63,887 nt of DNA, filler included, from Caldilineae bacterium (GCA_037446815.1; 7 parts of 7 records of this genome joined end to end with filler, not necessarily neighbours in it); one strand, 5' to 3'; numbered from the whole stretch's first letter, positions 31,250 through 43,285 are shown. A program made the numbers and translations. The notes: generated by a model not told the origin, from the letters alone.

Positions 31250-32743
31250 ATGGAACTGGTGCAGCGGGTACGGGACACAATCCGGCGATTCCACATGCTC
31301 CCGCCCGGGGTTGCTGTCGTGGGCGTGTCGGGCGGGGCCGATTCCGTCGCGCTCCTGCACATCCTGCTCCAACTCCAGGACGACCTCAACATCCGCCTGC
31401 ACGCCGCCCATCTCAATCACCGCATTCGCGGCGAGGACGCCGATGCCGACCAGGCGTTCACCGAGCGGCTGGCGCGGGAATGGCAGGTGCCCCTGACCGT
31501 AGGCAGCGCGGACGTTCCGGCGCTGGCCCGGGAGCGGCGTCTGGCCCTGGAGGAGGCGGCGCGGCAGGCGCGGTACACGTTCCTGCTGCGCACGGCGCGG
31601 GACGTGGGGGCGCGCGCCGTCGCCGTGGCGCACCACGCCGACGACCAAGCCGAGACCGTGCTCATGCACTTCCTGCGCGGGGCCGGACTGGCGGGCATGC
31701 GCGGCATCCTGCCCGTCTCGGACCTGACGCGGCTTCGCATGGGCGCGCCCGAGGAACTGCTCCGCGGCGAGCCGGTGCTCCTTGTCCGGCCGCTGTTGGA
31801 GGTTACCAAGGCCGACATCCTGGCCTACTGCCACGCCAACGGCCTGGAATTCCGTTTTGACCGCTCCAATCTGGACCAGACCTACTTCCGCAACCGCCTG
31901 CGGCACGAGGTGCTCCCGACCCTGGAGACGTACAACCCCAACATCCGCGAGGTCCTGCGCCGGGCCGCCGTGGTGGCCGCGGACGACTACGCGCTGCTGG
32001 CGCATGAGTTGCAGAAAGCGTGGGGCAAGGTGCGCATGGCCGAAGGGGACGGTTGGATTGAGTTTGACCTCCGGCGGTGGCGCGGGCTTCACCGCAGTTT
32101 GCAGCGCGGCGTGCTCCGCGAAGCCATCCGCAGGCTTCGGCAGGGACTGCGGAACATCAATTGGATTCACGTGGAGAATGCGCTGGACGTGCTCACCCGC
32201 ACCGACACCGGCGCAGCCACCCTGCCCCAGGGCCTTGTCGCCGTGGCGCGGTACGGCCGGTTCTACGTGGCCGAGGACGGCGCGATGCCTCCGCCCTCGG
32301 TGCCCCAACTGGCGGGGGAGCCGATTCCGGTGCCGGTGCCCGGCGCGGTGCATCTGCCCGGCGGCCGCTGGGTCCTGGAGACCGAAATCCTGGACGCCGT
32401 GCCAGGCGGGGCGCGGCAGAACGCCGACCCCTGGCAGGCCTGGCTGGATTTGGCGGCGGCTGGCGAGAATCTGGCGCTGCGCCCGCGCCGACCCGGAGAT
32501 ACTTTCGCGCCGCTGGGCATGGGCGGGCGACTGAAGCGGCTCAACGAGTTCATGATCAACGCCAAGATTCCACGCGAGTGGCGGGACAATTGGCCGCTGC
32601 TGTGCAACGCCTCGCACATCCTATGGGTGGCCGGGCTGCGGGTGGACGAGCGGGCGGCCATTGGCGCAGACACTCGGCGAGTGCTCTGGGTTCGGCTCAC
32701 CGAGAAGCGCGCCGCGCACCAGGTTTCGTCGGAGGGGACATGA
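31250..32743 (+). CDS. tilS: tRNA(Ile)-lysidine synthetase
   Basis: SGGADS PP-loop, AHHADDQAET, DRSN..RNRLR; promoter TTGACA-17-TATAGT. Confidence 0.96.
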   Translation: MELVQRVRDTIRRFHMLPPGVAVVGVSGGADSVALLHILLQLQDDLNIRLHAAHLNHRIRGEDADADQAFTERLAREWQVPLTVGSADVPALARERRLALEEAARQARYTFLLRTARDVGARAVAVAHHADDQAETVLMHFLRGAGLAGMRGILPVSDLTRLRMGAPEELLRGEPVLLVRPLLEVTKADILAYCHANGLEFRFDRSNLDQTYFRNRLRHEVLPTLETYNPNIREVLRRAAVVAADDYALLAHELQKAWGKVRMAEGDGWIEFDLRRWRGLHRSLQRGVLREAIRRLRQGLRNINWIHVENALDVLTRTDTGAATLPQGLVAVARYGRFYVAEDGAMPPPSVPQLAGEPIPVPVPGAVHLPGGRWVLETEILDAVPGGARQNADPWQAWLDLAAAGENLALRPRRPGDTFAPLGMGGRLKRLNEFMINAKIPREWRDNWPLLCNASHILWVAGLRVDERAAIGADTRRVLWVRLTEKRAAHQVSSEGT

Positions 32744-33951
32744 CAGGAAGCGGACACCGAGGCACTGCGACGATTGTCCTGAAACCCGGCAAAGAGAAGC
32801 CGGTGCTACAGCGGCACCCGTGGGTATTCTCGGGCGCCATCGCCAGGGTGGAAGGCAATCCCGCCGACGGCGACGTGGTCGTGGTTGCCGATAGCCGGGG
32901 GCAGGCCCTCGCGCGCGGCGGCTACAACAGCCGCTCGCAGATTCGCGTCCGCATCTGGACATTGAACCCGGATGAGGTTGTGGATGCCGCGTTCTTCGCC
33001 GAGCGGCTACGAGCGTCCGCAGAGCGACGCGAATCCCTGCGCGCAGCCAATCACACCACCGCCTACCGCATCGCCAACGCCGAGTCCGACCTCTTGCCCG
33101 GCGTCGTGGTGGATCGCTATGGCGAGTTCCTCGTCGTGCAGTTCTTGACCCTGGCGGCCGAGCGCTGGCGAAACGACATCGTGGACGCGCTGGTGCACTT
33201 GTGCCACCCCGCGGGCGTGTACGAGCGCAGCGACGTGGACGTGCGCCGCAAAGAAGGGCTGGGCCTGCGGGCGGGGCCCGTCTGGGGCAGAGAGCCGCCC
33301 GACACCGTGGAAATCCTGGAGCACGCTCGCAAGTTCCTGGTGGACATCAAGCGGGGGCAGAAGACGGGCTTCTACCTGGATCAGCGGGAGAATCGGCGGC
33401 GCGTTGCCCAGTACGCCGCGGACAGGGACATGCTCAACTGCTTCTGCTACACGGGTGGGTTCAGCGTGTACGCGGGGGCGGCAGGGGCGCTGCGCGTCGT
33501 CAACGTGGACACATCCCGCGACGCCCTTGCCCTGGCCAGGCGCAACATGGCGCTGAACGGCCTCGCCATGGCCGACGACGAGTACGTGGAGGGCGACGTG
33601 TTCCAGGTGCTCCGCGCCTACCGCGACGCGGGGCGCACGTTTGACATCGTGGTGCTGGACCCGCCCAAGTTCGCCACCTCCCAGACGCAGGTGCAGGCGG
33701 CCACGCGAGGGTACAAGGACATCAACCTGCTGGCGATGCAGATTCTGCGGCCCGGGGGGATTCTGGCCACGTTCTCGTGTTCCGGGCTGGTGTCGCCGGA
33801 CTTGTTCCAGAAGGTCGTCTTCGGCGCGTCGGTGGACGCCGGGCGCGACGTCCAGATTCTGGAGAAACTCACCCAGGCCAGCGACCACCCGATACTCCTG
33901 TCATTCCCCGAATCGGAGTATCTCAAAGGGTTCATTTGCAGAGTTCTCTGA
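32740..33951 (+). CDS. rlmI: 23S rRNA m5C1962 methyltransferase (RlmI family)
   Basis: PUA-type HPWVF, GQKTGFYLDQR, DPPKF, TFSCSG, EYLKG. Confidence 0.92.
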   Translation: MTGSGHRGTATIVLKPGKEKPVLQRHPWVFSGAIARVEGNPADGDVVVVADSRGQALARGGYNSRSQIRVRIWTLNPDEVVDAAFFAERLRASAERRESLRAANHTTAYRIANAESDLLPGVVVDRYGEFLVVQFLTLAAERWRNDIVDALVHLCHPAGVYERSDVDVRRKEGLGLRAGPVWGREPPDTVEILEHARKFLVDIKRGQKTGFYLDQRENRRRVAQYAADRDMLNCFCYTGGFSVYAGAAGALRVVNVDTSRDALALARRNMALNGLAMADDEYVEGDVFQVLRAYRDAGRTFDIVVLDPPKFATSQTQVQAATRGYKDINLLAMQILRPGGILATFSCSGLVSPDLFQKVVFGASVDAGRDVQILEKLTQASDHPILLSFPESEYLKGFICRVL

Positions 33952-33994
33952 AGTCCATTATGATTACCGCGAATCCGCGCGCAAGGAGTAGTAC

Positions 33995-34531
33995 ATGTAC
34001 GAAGATGTATCCGAAGTCCTGCTGACCGAAGAGCAGATTCAGGAGCGAATCCGAGAACTGGCCGAGCAGATTAGCGCCGACTACAAGGGCAAGGATTTGC
34101 TCCTCGTCTGCGTGCTCAAAGGGGGAATCCTGTTCCTGACCGACCTGATGCGCCAGTTGGATATTCCCCACGCCATTGACTTCATGGCCATCAGCAGTTA
34201 CGGGGCGGGCACCGAATCCAGCGGCGTGGTGCGCATTCTCATGGACCTGAACACCAGCATTGAGGGGAAGAACGTCCTGATTGTAGAGGACATCGTGGAC
34301 ACGGGCCACACGCTGGATTACATCCTGCGCAACTTGAGCACGCGCCGCCCCGCAAGCCTGAAGGTATGCGCGCTCCTCAACAAGCCCAGCCGCCGCCAGG
34401 TGGACGTCCCCATCCACTACGTGGGGTTTGACATTCCCAACAAGTTTGTCATCGGCTACGGGCTGGATTTCGGGGAGAAGTACCGCAACCTGCCCTTTGT
34501 CGGCGTGCTGAAGCCCGAGTTCTACCGATAG
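33995..34531 (+). CDS. hpt: hypoxanthine phosphoribosyltransferase
   Basis: VLKGG, VEDIVDTGHTL, FVIGYGLD..YRNLP. Confidence 0.97.
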   Translation: MYEDVSEVLLTEEQIQERIRELAEQISADYKGKDLLLVCVLKGGILFLTDLMRQLDIPHAIDFMAISSYGAGTESSGVVRILMDLNTSIEGKNVLIVEDIVDTGHTLDYILRNLSTRRPASLKVCALLNKPSRRQVDVPIHYVGFDIPNKFVIGYGLDFGEKYRNLPFVGVLKPEFYR

Positions 34532-34618
34532 CACCAACGGCGCGCCTATCGCCCGCGGGTGTCGCGCACGGGCACGCCGCGCCATACCGCGTCGGCGCCA
34601 AGCCTGAGGAGGGGCACG

Positions 34619-35104
34619 ATGACAACCACAAGAGTGGATGCCTTGTTGGCGAAGTTGGAGAAGGGGCACCGCAAGACCCTTGAAATCTTCGCCGCGCTGA
34701 CCCCGGAGCAATGGGCCTCGGTTGTGTACGACGACCCGCACGTGTGGCGCGTCCGGGAACTGCTGGCCCATTTCGTCTCGTCCGAAGAGGCGCTGCTCAA
34801 GGTGGCGCAGGATGTGGCGGGCGGAGGGCCGGGCGCGCCCCCGGACTTTGACTACGATGCCTTCAACGCGCAGGAGCAGGAGCGGCTCAAGGGTCAGTCC
34901 CCGCACGAACTGCTGGCGGCGCTGGATCGGGCGCGACAGGCCACGCTGGCCTGGGTGGGCACGCTGGACGACGGCGCGCTGGATCGCGTGGGGCGACACC
35001 CCGCCCTGGGCGAAGTTACGCTGGAGACCATGATCACGGCCATCTACGGCCACCAACTGTACCACATGCAGGACCTGCGGGATCGTCTCGCCCCGCAGGT
35101 TTGA
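34619..35104 (+). CDS. DinB/MDMPI-superfamily protein
   Basis: WRVRELLAH, HPALG, HQLYH. Confidence 0.8.
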   Translation: MTTTRVDALLAKLEKGHRKTLEIFAALTPEQWASVVYDDPHVWRVRELLAHFVSSEEALLKVAQDVAGGGPGAPPDFDYDAFNAQEQERLKGQSPHELLAALDRARQATLAWVGTLDDGALDRVGRHPALGEVTLETMITAIYGHQLYHMQDLRDRLAPQV

Positions 35105-35301
35105 GACCGTTGCCGGTCCCAGGCGGCGGAACGGGCGGAGCCGCGAGGAATCTCGCACCCCNNNNNNNNNNNNNNNNNNNNNNNNNNNNNNNNNNNNNNN
35201 NNNNNNNNNNNNNNNNNNNNNNNNNNNNNNNNNNNNNNNNNNNNNNNNNNNNNNNNNNNNNGCGGCGTGCGGTTCGTGCGCGTGGGACGGCGCCGAATCC
35301 G

Positions 35302-36471
35302 TTACTTCGGCAGTTTGGCGATGGCGTCGGCCATGCGCTCCAGCGCCTTCTTGATGTTCTCCACCGAATTGGCGTAGGACAGGCGCAGGTAGCCCTCGCC
35401 GTAGGCCCCGAAGGAAGTCCCCGACAGGCACGCGACGCCCGCCTCGTTCAGCAGGTAATCGGCCAGCGGCTTGCTCTTCATCCCGGTGCCTTTGATGTTC
35501 GGGAAGGCGTAGAAGGCGCCGCTCGGCAGCACGCACGACACGCCGGGAATCTGGTTCAGCCCCTTGACGATGACATCGCGGCGCTCCCGGAACGCGGCCA
35601 CCATGCGATCCACGTCGTCCTGCGGCCCCTTCAGCGCGGCAATGCCGGCGATCTGCGTCGCCGCGTTGGTGCACGAGTTGGAGTTGGTCATGAGGCGGGT
35701 GATGTGCACCGCGAAGTCCTTGGGCATGACGCCGTAGCCCAGCCGCCAGCCCGTCATGGCGTAGGTCTTGGAGAACCCGTTGAGGATGATGGTGCGCTCC
35801 TGCATGCCCGGGATGCTGGCGATGCTGTAGAACTCGCCGTCGTACAGGATGCGGTCGTAAATCTCGTCCGAGAGCACCGGAATGTCGCGCTCCATGGCGA
35901 TCTTGGCGATCTCGTGCAGCGTCTCTTTGTCCAGGATGCCGCCCGTCGGGTTATGCGGCGAGTTGATGATGATGAGCCGGGTCTTGTCGGTAACCAGTTT
36001 CCTGAACTCGTCCAGGTCAAAGGCGAAGTTGTACTCCTCGCGCAAGGGGATGGGAACGGGCTTGGCTCCCGTGAAGTTGATCATGGATTCGTAGATGGGG
36101 AAGCCTGGGTTGGGATAAATGACCTCATCCCCCGGTTCGGCCAGCGCCAGGATGACGTAGAACATAATGGGCTTGCCGCCAGGCGTTACGACGACGTTCT
36201 CCGCTTCCACGGGGATGCCCCGCGTCCGCGACATCTCCTCGGCGATGGCCTGGCGCAGTTCGGGGATGCCCGCCGAGGGGGTGTAGTGGGTGTAGCCCGA
36301 ACGGAGCGCCTGGCACGCGGCGTCAATGATGTGCTTGGGGGTGTCAAAATCGGGCTCGCCGATTTCCAGGTGGACAACCTCGCGGCCCTGGGCCTCCAGC
36401 GCCCTGGCCCTGGCCAAGACTTCAAACGCGGTTTCGGTTCCCAGACGACTCATGCATTTCGCTAGTCTCAT
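35302..36471 (-). CDS. PLP-dependent class I aminotransferase (aspartate aminotransferase-like)
   Basis: IGEPDF, NSPHNPTG, SDEIY, FSKTYAMTGWRLG; promoter TTGTCA-17-TATAAT at 36538-36566. Confidence 0.93.
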   Translation of the reverse strand: MRLAKCMSRLGTETAFEVLARARALEAQGREVVHLEIGEPDFDTPKHIIDAACQALRSGYTHYTPSAGIPELRQAIAEEMSRTRGIPVEAENVVVTPGGKPIMFYVILALAEPGDEVIYPNPGFPIYESMINFTGAKPVPIPLREEYNFAFDLDEFRKLVTDKTRLIIINSPHNPTGGILDKETLHEIAKIAMERDIPVLSDEIYDRILYDGEFYSIASIPGMQERTIILNGFSKTYAMTGWRLGYGVMPKDFAVHITRLMTNSNSCTNAATQIAGIAALKGPQDDVDRMVAAFRERRDVIVKGLNQIPGVSCVLPSGAFYAFPNIKGTGMKSKPLADYLLNEAGVACLSGTSFGAYGEGYLRLSYANSVENIKKALERMADAIAKLPK

Positions 36472-36570
36472 TGCGATTCCTCCTATTCGTTTTGTTCGCC
36501 GCGCCATTGCGGCTGGGTCGCCTGATACGCACGGCGGATTATAGCACATGCGGCGTTGTCTGACAAAGCC

Positions 36571-37710
36571 TCACCCGCCGCCCAGATGCGCATAGACGGC
36601 CAGCAGTTCACGTGCAGCGCCCTCCCACGTGAACTGCCGCGCCCGCGCCACCCCGGCCTGCCGAAGCGCGGCCCGCAGCGCCGAGTCCTGGAGCACGCGC
36701 GCGATGGCGTCGGCGAGGCCATCCTCATCGCGCGGGTCTATGCGCAGGCCCGCGTCGCCTACCACCTCCGGCAGCGACGACACGTCCGACACGATGGCTG
36801 GCGTCCCGCAGGCCATCGCCTCCAGCGCGGGCAGGCCGAACCCCTCGTAGAACGACGGCGTAACCAGCACATCCGCCGCGCTGTACAGGGCCGGCAGATC
36901 CTCGTCGGGCACGAAGCCGGGAAAGAGCACATCCTCGTGAAGGTTCAGCGCGTCCACCGCGGCGAAGATGGGCTCGTACACCCACCCCTTGCGCCCCACG
37001 ATGACCAGAGCGTGGGGGAGTCGCGCCTGCTGCCGCGCCCGCGCGAAGGCGCGAATCAGCCCGGGGTAATTCTTGCGCGGCTCCAGGGTGCCCACGGCAA
37101 GCACATAGGGCCGCCCGCCGGCATACGTGTCGCGCATGCGCTGCAAAGTCGCCTCGTCTTCCACCGGCGCGAATCGCGCGTCCACGCCGCCGTAGATGAC
37201 CTGCACGCGGTCGGGCGGCACGCCGAGGAGTTCTATCAAGTCGCGTCGCGTGCTCTCCGAGTCGGCGAGCAGGAAGTCGGCCCGCCGCACCGAGCGCGGA
37301 ACCACCTGCCCCAGATACCAGCGCAGGCGCGGGTCTGCGCACTCGGGCACGCGGAGGAACGAGAGGTCGTGAATCGTCAGCACCTTCACCGCGCGGGCCA
37401 CCGGCGGGAGAACGAAGTCCGGCGAGTGGAAGATGTCCAGCCGTCCCAGAAAGGCTTCCACCGGCAGGGGGATTTGCAGCCGATGCCACAGCCGCACCAG
37501 GTTGCGTTCCGAGAGCGGCGTCTGGACGAGGCGGTACGCCCGCGTCTTCGGAGGCAGGTGCGCCTCCGCGACGGGCTGGCGGCCCGCCACCAGGAGCCTG
37601 TACTCGTTGTCGGCGTCCAGCGTCAGGGCCGCGCGGAACAACTCCCGCGTAAACCGCCCGATGCCCGCGCTCTGCCGCGCCGCCGAAGTGTAGTCAATCC
37701 CGATTCGCAA
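36571..37710 (-). CDS. GT4 glycosyltransferase (MtfB-like)
   Basis: TIHDL, GTLEPRKN, EGFGLPALEAMACG; TTG start. Confidence 0.92.
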   Translation of the reverse strand: MRIGIDYTSAARQSAGIGRFTRELFRAALTLDADNEYRLLVAGRQPVAEAHLPPKTRAYRLVQTPLSERNLVRLWHRLQIPLPVEAFLGRLDIFHSPDFVLPPVARAVKVLTIHDLSFLRVPECADPRLRWYLGQVVPRSVRRADFLLADSESTRRDLIELLGVPPDRVQVIYGGVDARFAPVEDEATLQRMRDTYAGGRPYVLAVGTLEPRKNYPGLIRAFARARQQARLPHALVIVGRKGWVYEPIFAAVDALNLHEDVLFPGFVPDEDLPALYSAADVLVTPSFYEGFGLPALEAMACGTPAIVSDVSSLPEVVGDAGLRIDPRDEDGLADAIARVLQDSALRAALRQAGVARARQFTWEGAARELLAVYAHLGGG

Positions 37711-37729
37711 GCCCCACCCCCTGGTCCTG

Positions 37730-37900
37730 CACGTGCGACGCACCTCCAAGGTGCGTCGCACGTGANNNNNNNNNNNNNNNNNNNNNNNNNNNNNNNNNNN
37801 NNNNNNNNNNNNNNNNNNNNNNNNNNNNNNNNNNNNNNNNNNNNNNNNNNNNNNNNNNNNNNNNNACGTGCGACGCACCTCCAAGGTGCGTCGCACGTGA
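37730..37900. repeat. REP palindrome CACGTGCGACGCACCTCCAAGGTGCGTCGCACGTG, on both sides of an assembly gap
   Basis: Near-perfect palindrome; related copies at ~2745-2779, 51073-51105, 51167-51199, 51499-51532. Confidence 0.8.
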
Positions 37901-37947
37901 CTGTTCGCACCCCACCCCCTGCTCGCCGCAGCGCGTGCGACGCACGG

Positions 37948-38406
37948 CTACTTGATGCCGCGATAGGTCCAGACGCGGTTCACGCCAAAGTTCCAGAACA
38001 GCACCACGATGATGGCGATGGCCTTCGCCACGTTGTACCCCAGCGGCCCAAGAAGCGGGCCGAACATGTATCGGTCCAGGCTCAGGAAGACAACCTGATT
38101 GATGGCAAGGCCCGCCACGTTCACCAGCGCGAACTGGGCGAGTTGACTCTTCAGCGGGCGCTGCCGCGACTCCGGAAACGTCCACAGTCGGTTCCACGTG
38201 AAGTTGTTGATGACCGCCAGGGTGAACGAGCAAGTATTCGCCCAGAACTTGCTGAACCCGAACACCAGGTGCAGCAGATTCAGCACACCAAAGTCCACCA
38301 CGGCGCCCGACGTGCCCACGATAGCAAACTTGATGAAGCGAACGAACTCCTTGCGGTTCGTCTGCGCCAGTTCCAGAAGTCTTGTCAAGTTCCACCTCGC
38401 ACTCAC
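37948..38406 (-). CDS. GtrA-family flippase-like protein
   Basis: RFIKFAIVG, NNFTWNRLWTF, WNFGVNRVWTY; GTGA overlap with the upstream gene. Confidence 0.88.
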   Translation of the reverse strand: MSARWNLTRLLELAQTNRKEFVRFIKFAIVGTSGAVVDFGVLNLLHLVFGFSKFWANTCSFTLAVINNFTWNRLWTFPESRQRPLKSQLAQFALVNVAGLAINQVVFLSLDRYMFGPLLGPLGYNVAKAIAIIVVLFWNFGVNRVWTYRGIK

Positions 38407-39875
38407 GGTTTGGTCTCCGAAGTCTGCGCCCCCGGCCACCCATCGTGAGCGGCCCAGGCCACACCCAAAGCCATGCCCAGCACCATGCCCACCAGCATGT
38501 TCATGCCGTGCACGTACAGATTGTCCACCAGGTTGTGCACGCTCAGGTGCACCAGCATCCCCACCGCGCCGATGCACACCGCGCGGGCCAGGCCCGACGC
38601 GCGCGCCACGCCGCGGCCCGCCTGCGCCAGCGCCGCCGCGATGACCGCCAGATACGCCGCCAGCCCCAGCAAGCCTGCCTCGGCGGCGACGTTGATGTAA
38701 TAGTTGTGGGCGTGGCCCAGCGGGTCGCGCCAGATGCCGATGGCGTAGGCGGGGTACACCGCCTCGTAGTTGCCGAACCCCACGCCGAGCCACGGCCGGT
38801 CGCTGAACATGGCCCAGCCCGCCTGCCAGTGGGCCATGCGCTCCACGATGGCCCAGTTGGCGTCGGTAACTTCCACGGTGCGCACGTCAAAGGGGCGGAA
38901 GTAGGCTCCCACATCCGCGAACCGCTCCAGCACCGCGGGCGGGAGCAGGTTCGTCGCCGCGCCGGCGCCCACCAGCACGCCGACCGCCGCGAGGCCGATG
39001 AGCAAGGCCGCCGCCCACCGTCTGCCGCGCAGCAGGATGACCGTGGCCGTGCTGGCCGCAAGCCCAATCCACGCCCCGCGCGACCAACTCGCCACGATGC
39101 CCGCCAGCGCCAGCGCGCCGGCAGCGGCCACGGCAACCCACGTGGCAACGCGCCAGAGGCGCGAGGCAAATGCCCCCCGCCAGGCCGACGGCGCCGACAG
39201 CAACAACGCCAGCGCCATGGGGAACAGCAGCCCCAGGTAGCCCGCATACGGGTTCGGCTGCTGGAACGTGCCGTAGGCCCGCATGAACCGCCCCAGGAGC
39301 ACGAACCCCTCCGGCCCCGCCTGTCGGAAGAACTGGTACAGCCCCAGCAACCCCTCCAGGGCCGCGCCCGCCAGCAGGAACCCTGCCGCGATAAAGATGC
39401 GCCGGCCGCGTAGGAGGTTCCCGGCGGCCAGGAAGATGACCAGCAGTTCGGCCCAGCGCAGCAACTCCTTCGCGCTGTGCGCCAGGGACAGCGCACCCAG
39501 CGTGCTCACAAGCCCCGCGAACAGGAACAGCATCAGCGCCCAGGTCAGCGGAGCGCGCCACCGAATCGGCTCCCGCAGCGCCAGCGCGCGCAGCACCCAC
39601 GTCCCGGCCACCAGAATCCCCACCGCCTCGGCGCCGCCGATGGCCAGCGGCCCCACGGCAAACTCGCGCAGCGAGCCGAAGGGGATGGCGAGCGCCAGCA
39701 GGTACAGCGCGTAGTGGGGTCGGATCAGCGTGAGAACAACTACGAGCGCCCCCGCGATGGCCGCCATGGCGACGGCAAGGGGCAACAGCGCCACGAGGAG
39801 GGCGGTGCCCACCACCAGCCCGGCCAGGGCCATGTCCGAGGCGCGCTCGTGCAGTTTCCACCACAACGCTTTCAT
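38403..39875 (-). CDS. O-antigen ligase/Wzy-like polymerase family membrane protein
   Basis: RAYGTFQQPN, SRGAW, GVGFGNY, HAHNYY...AEAG. Confidence 0.9.
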   Translation of the reverse strand: MKALWWKLHERASDMALAGLVVGTALLVALLPLAVAMAAIAGALVVVLTLIRPHYALYLLALAIPFGSLREFAVGPLAIGGAEAVGILVAGTWVLRALALREPIRWRAPLTWALMLFLFAGLVSTLGALSLAHSAKELLRWAELLVIFLAAGNLLRGRRIFIAAGFLLAGAALEGLLGLYQFFRQAGPEGFVLLGRFMRAYGTFQQPNPYAGYLGLLFPMALALLLSAPSAWRGAFASRLWRVATWVAVAAAGALALAGIVASWSRGAWIGLAASTATVILLRGRRWAAALLIGLAAVGVLVGAGAATNLLPPAVLERFADVGAYFRPFDVRTVEVTDANWAIVERMAHWQAGWAMFSDRPWLGVGFGNYEAVYPAYAIGIWRDPLGHAHNYYINVAAEAGLLGLAAYLAVIAAALAQAGRGVARASGLARAVCIGAVGMLVHLSVHNLVDNLYVHGMNMLVGMVLGMALGVAWAAHDGWPGAQTSETKP

Positions 39876-39931
39876 GCTTCACCCGGCTTCTTGCGCAGCA
39901 GCCCCGTTCCGCAGCACCCAGCGCGATGCTC

Positions 39932-40870
<939 letters not shown>

Positions 40871-41182
40871 CGTCTGTCTCCCGAAAAACAGATTGCCCGG
40901 CTACAGCGCCGGAGCGTGCCCGGTCGGGGGCGCGCGTAGTATACTCAATGCCCGCGAGCGCGTCAAGGCTTGACATTCCGGCCCTCCTGTGGTATGTTCT
41001 TCGCAGGTTGCTCTTTGAGCGTATTTCCCCTTCNNNNNNNNNNNNNNNNNNNNNNNNNNNNNNNNNNNNNNNNNNNNTTAATTAATTAANNNNNNNNNNN
41101 NNNNNNNNNNNNNNNNNNNNNNNNNNNNNNNNNCCGAGAACGCATCTGGATGACCGCGGGCCGCGCCCCTCTGCGCCCCGTC

Positions 41183-43285
41183 CTACGGTGCGTAGTCGCG
41201 GCAGAGCGATGGCAGATACACGACGTGGGTGCGCGACGGCGTGCCGCCCAACTCCCGCGCCCAGGCCATGCCCCCCGTGGTGCCGGCGAACAACATGCCC
41301 CCCGCCGTCGGGCCGAAGGACAGCGAGCGAACCTGCTTGTTCCACATCCCCTCGGGCATGGGCGACCACGACAGCCCCGCATCGCGCGATACGTACACGC
41401 CGTCGGAGCACGTTCCTGCGAACAGCGTCTGGTCGCTGAGGAACGTCGGCGACATCTCCAAGGCGCAGACGGTAACGACGTACTCCCCGGGCAGCCCATT
41501 GTTGTACGGAGCCCAGGTCTGCCCGCCGTCGGTGGAGCGGAACACGCCGCCCCAACTGCTGCCCACGTACATCGTCTTGTCGGTGTTGAACTGGGGCGAG
41601 ATGGCCAGCGCGTTCACCCGCAGGCTGACCAACCCACGGTTAGCCGGACTCCACGATCCGCCTGCGTTGGTGGTAACGAACACGCCGTTGTCGTAGGTGG
41701 CGGCGAATACGGTGCTGTCGCTGAAGTAGAACGGCGAGATGGCTAGGTCCATGATGCGCGAACTGTCCAATCCGACGTTGGCCGCCCTCCACTGGTTGCC
41801 GCCGTCGGTCGTCTTGTAGATGCCGCCGCCATCGGTGCCGGCGTAGAGGGTGCGGTCCACGCCGAAGAAGGGCGAGATGGCCAGCGTGGTTACGCGAAGC
41901 GAGGTGAGGCCCGAATTGACACGCCCCCACGTGCGCCCCGCGTCCGTAGACTTGTACACGCCGTTGCCCAGGGACCCGGCGTAGATCACGCGGTCCGACC
42001 GAAACTCAGGGGAGAACACCAGCGCGCTTGGCGTTGGCGGCGTGTTCACCAACCTCTCCCACGACACCCCTCGGTCCGTGGATTTGTAGATGCCTCCCAG
42101 GCTGGTGCCCGCCAGCACCATGCGGTCCGACGAGAATTCGGGGGACGCCTGGACGAAGTTCGCCGTGCCCAGGCCGGCCAGCAACTGGTTCGCAGGCTGC
42201 CACGTGGCCCCCGCGTCGGTGGATACCCAGACGCCGCCCTTGTCCGTGCCGACGTACACGCGGCCGTCGGTGGCGAAGTTGGGCGACAGGGCAACGGCGC
42301 GCACCGGCACGAAGGGGATGATGTCCGGGCTGATCTCTGCCCAGGTGCCGCCGCCGTCGGTGGATTTGAACACACCGCCCGCCGAGCCGAGGAACAGCGT
42401 CCCATCCACCGCGAAGTTGGGCGAGATGGCCAGGGCCAGCACCTGGCGCCCCGCGGCAGAGAGGCCGTCGCTGCGCTCGTGCCAAGTCGCGCCGCCGTCG
42501 GTGGAGCGGAAGACGCCCCTGGTGTACGTGCCGGCGAATAGCGTGCCGTCATCGGCGAAGGCGGGCGAAATGGCCAGCGCGCGGACATCCTCGGTCGACG
42601 AAAGCCCCGCGTTGGATGCCGCCCACGAGTCGCCGCCGTCGCGGGAGATGAACACGCCGCCGTTGAACGTGCCCGCAAAAAGCGTCCGGTCGCGGGCGTA
42701 GTCGGGCGATGCGATGAGCGCCTGGATGCTGAGGCTGGTCAGCCCAACGCTGGACGGGTTCCAGGCCAGGCCGCCGTTGGTGGATTTGTACACGCCGCCA
42801 GCGAAGGTGCCCACGAAGACGGTGCTATCGGCGGCGAAAGTGGGCGTGGGCGCGATGGCTTGTATCCACGTATCGGTGCCCAGGCCCGCGTTGGCGGCGC
42901 TCCACGAACGGCCCCCGTTGGCCGAGACAAAGAAGCCACCCTCTCGTCGGGTAACCTCATCCTTGGGCGCTCCGGCGAATACCAGGTGGCTGGTGGCGTA
43001 GTTGGGAGGCGCGGCCAGCGCGGTGATAGTGTGGTCGGTGAGGCTCGGGGCCAGCCACGTCGCGCCGCCGTCGGTGGAGCGGAAGACGCCCGACTGCCAG
43101 GCGCCCGCCAGGACGATGCCGTCCGATGCGAGGGCGGGCGAAACCCATAGGCTCTGCACCTGCGCGCCGAAGGGCCCTGTGGTCGTCCACACGCCCACGC
43201 CCGCCGAGGCTACCGGCCCGGGCGAGCCCGCGCCCAGAAGCGCGACGAGAACCGCTGCTGTACCCAGGAGACGTATCTTCGCCAT
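41183..43285 (-). CDS. secreted BNR/Asp-box beta-propeller protein with C-terminal VYLPSLCR
   Basis: Signal peptide; many LAISP.F..D.TLFAGT..GVF.STDGG.TW repeats. Confidence 0.88.
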   Translation of the reverse strand: MAKIRLLGTAAVLVALLGAGSPGPVASAGVGVWTTTGPFGAQVQSLWVSPALASDGIVLAGAWQSGVFRSTDGGATWLAPSLTDHTITALAAPPNYATSHLVFAGAPKDEVTRREGGFFVSANGGRSWSAANAGLGTDTWIQAIAPTPTFAADSTVFVGTFAGGVYKSTNGGLAWNPSSVGLTSLSIQALIASPDYARDRTLFAGTFNGGVFISRDGGDSWAASNAGLSSTEDVRALAISPAFADDGTLFAGTYTRGVFRSTDGGATWHERSDGLSAAGRQVLALAISPNFAVDGTLFLGSAGGVFKSTDGGGTWAEISPDIIPFVPVRAVALSPNFATDGRVYVGTDKGGVWVSTDAGATWQPANQLLAGLGTANFVQASPEFSSDRMVLAGTSLGGIYKSTDRGVSWERLVNTPPTPSALVFSPEFRSDRVIYAGSLGNGVYKSTDAGRTWGRVNSGLTSLRVTTLAISPFFGVDRTLYAGTDGGGIYKTTDGGNQWRAANVGLDSSRIMDLAISPFYFSDSTVFAATYDNGVFVTTNAGGSWSPANRGLVSLRVNALAISPQFNTDKTMYVGSSWGGVFRSTDGGQTWAPYNNGLPGEYVVTVCALEMSPTFLSDQTLFAGTCSDGVYVSRDAGLSWSPMPEGMWNKQVRSLSFGPTAGGMLFAGTTGGMAWARELGGTPSRTHVVYLPSLCRDYAP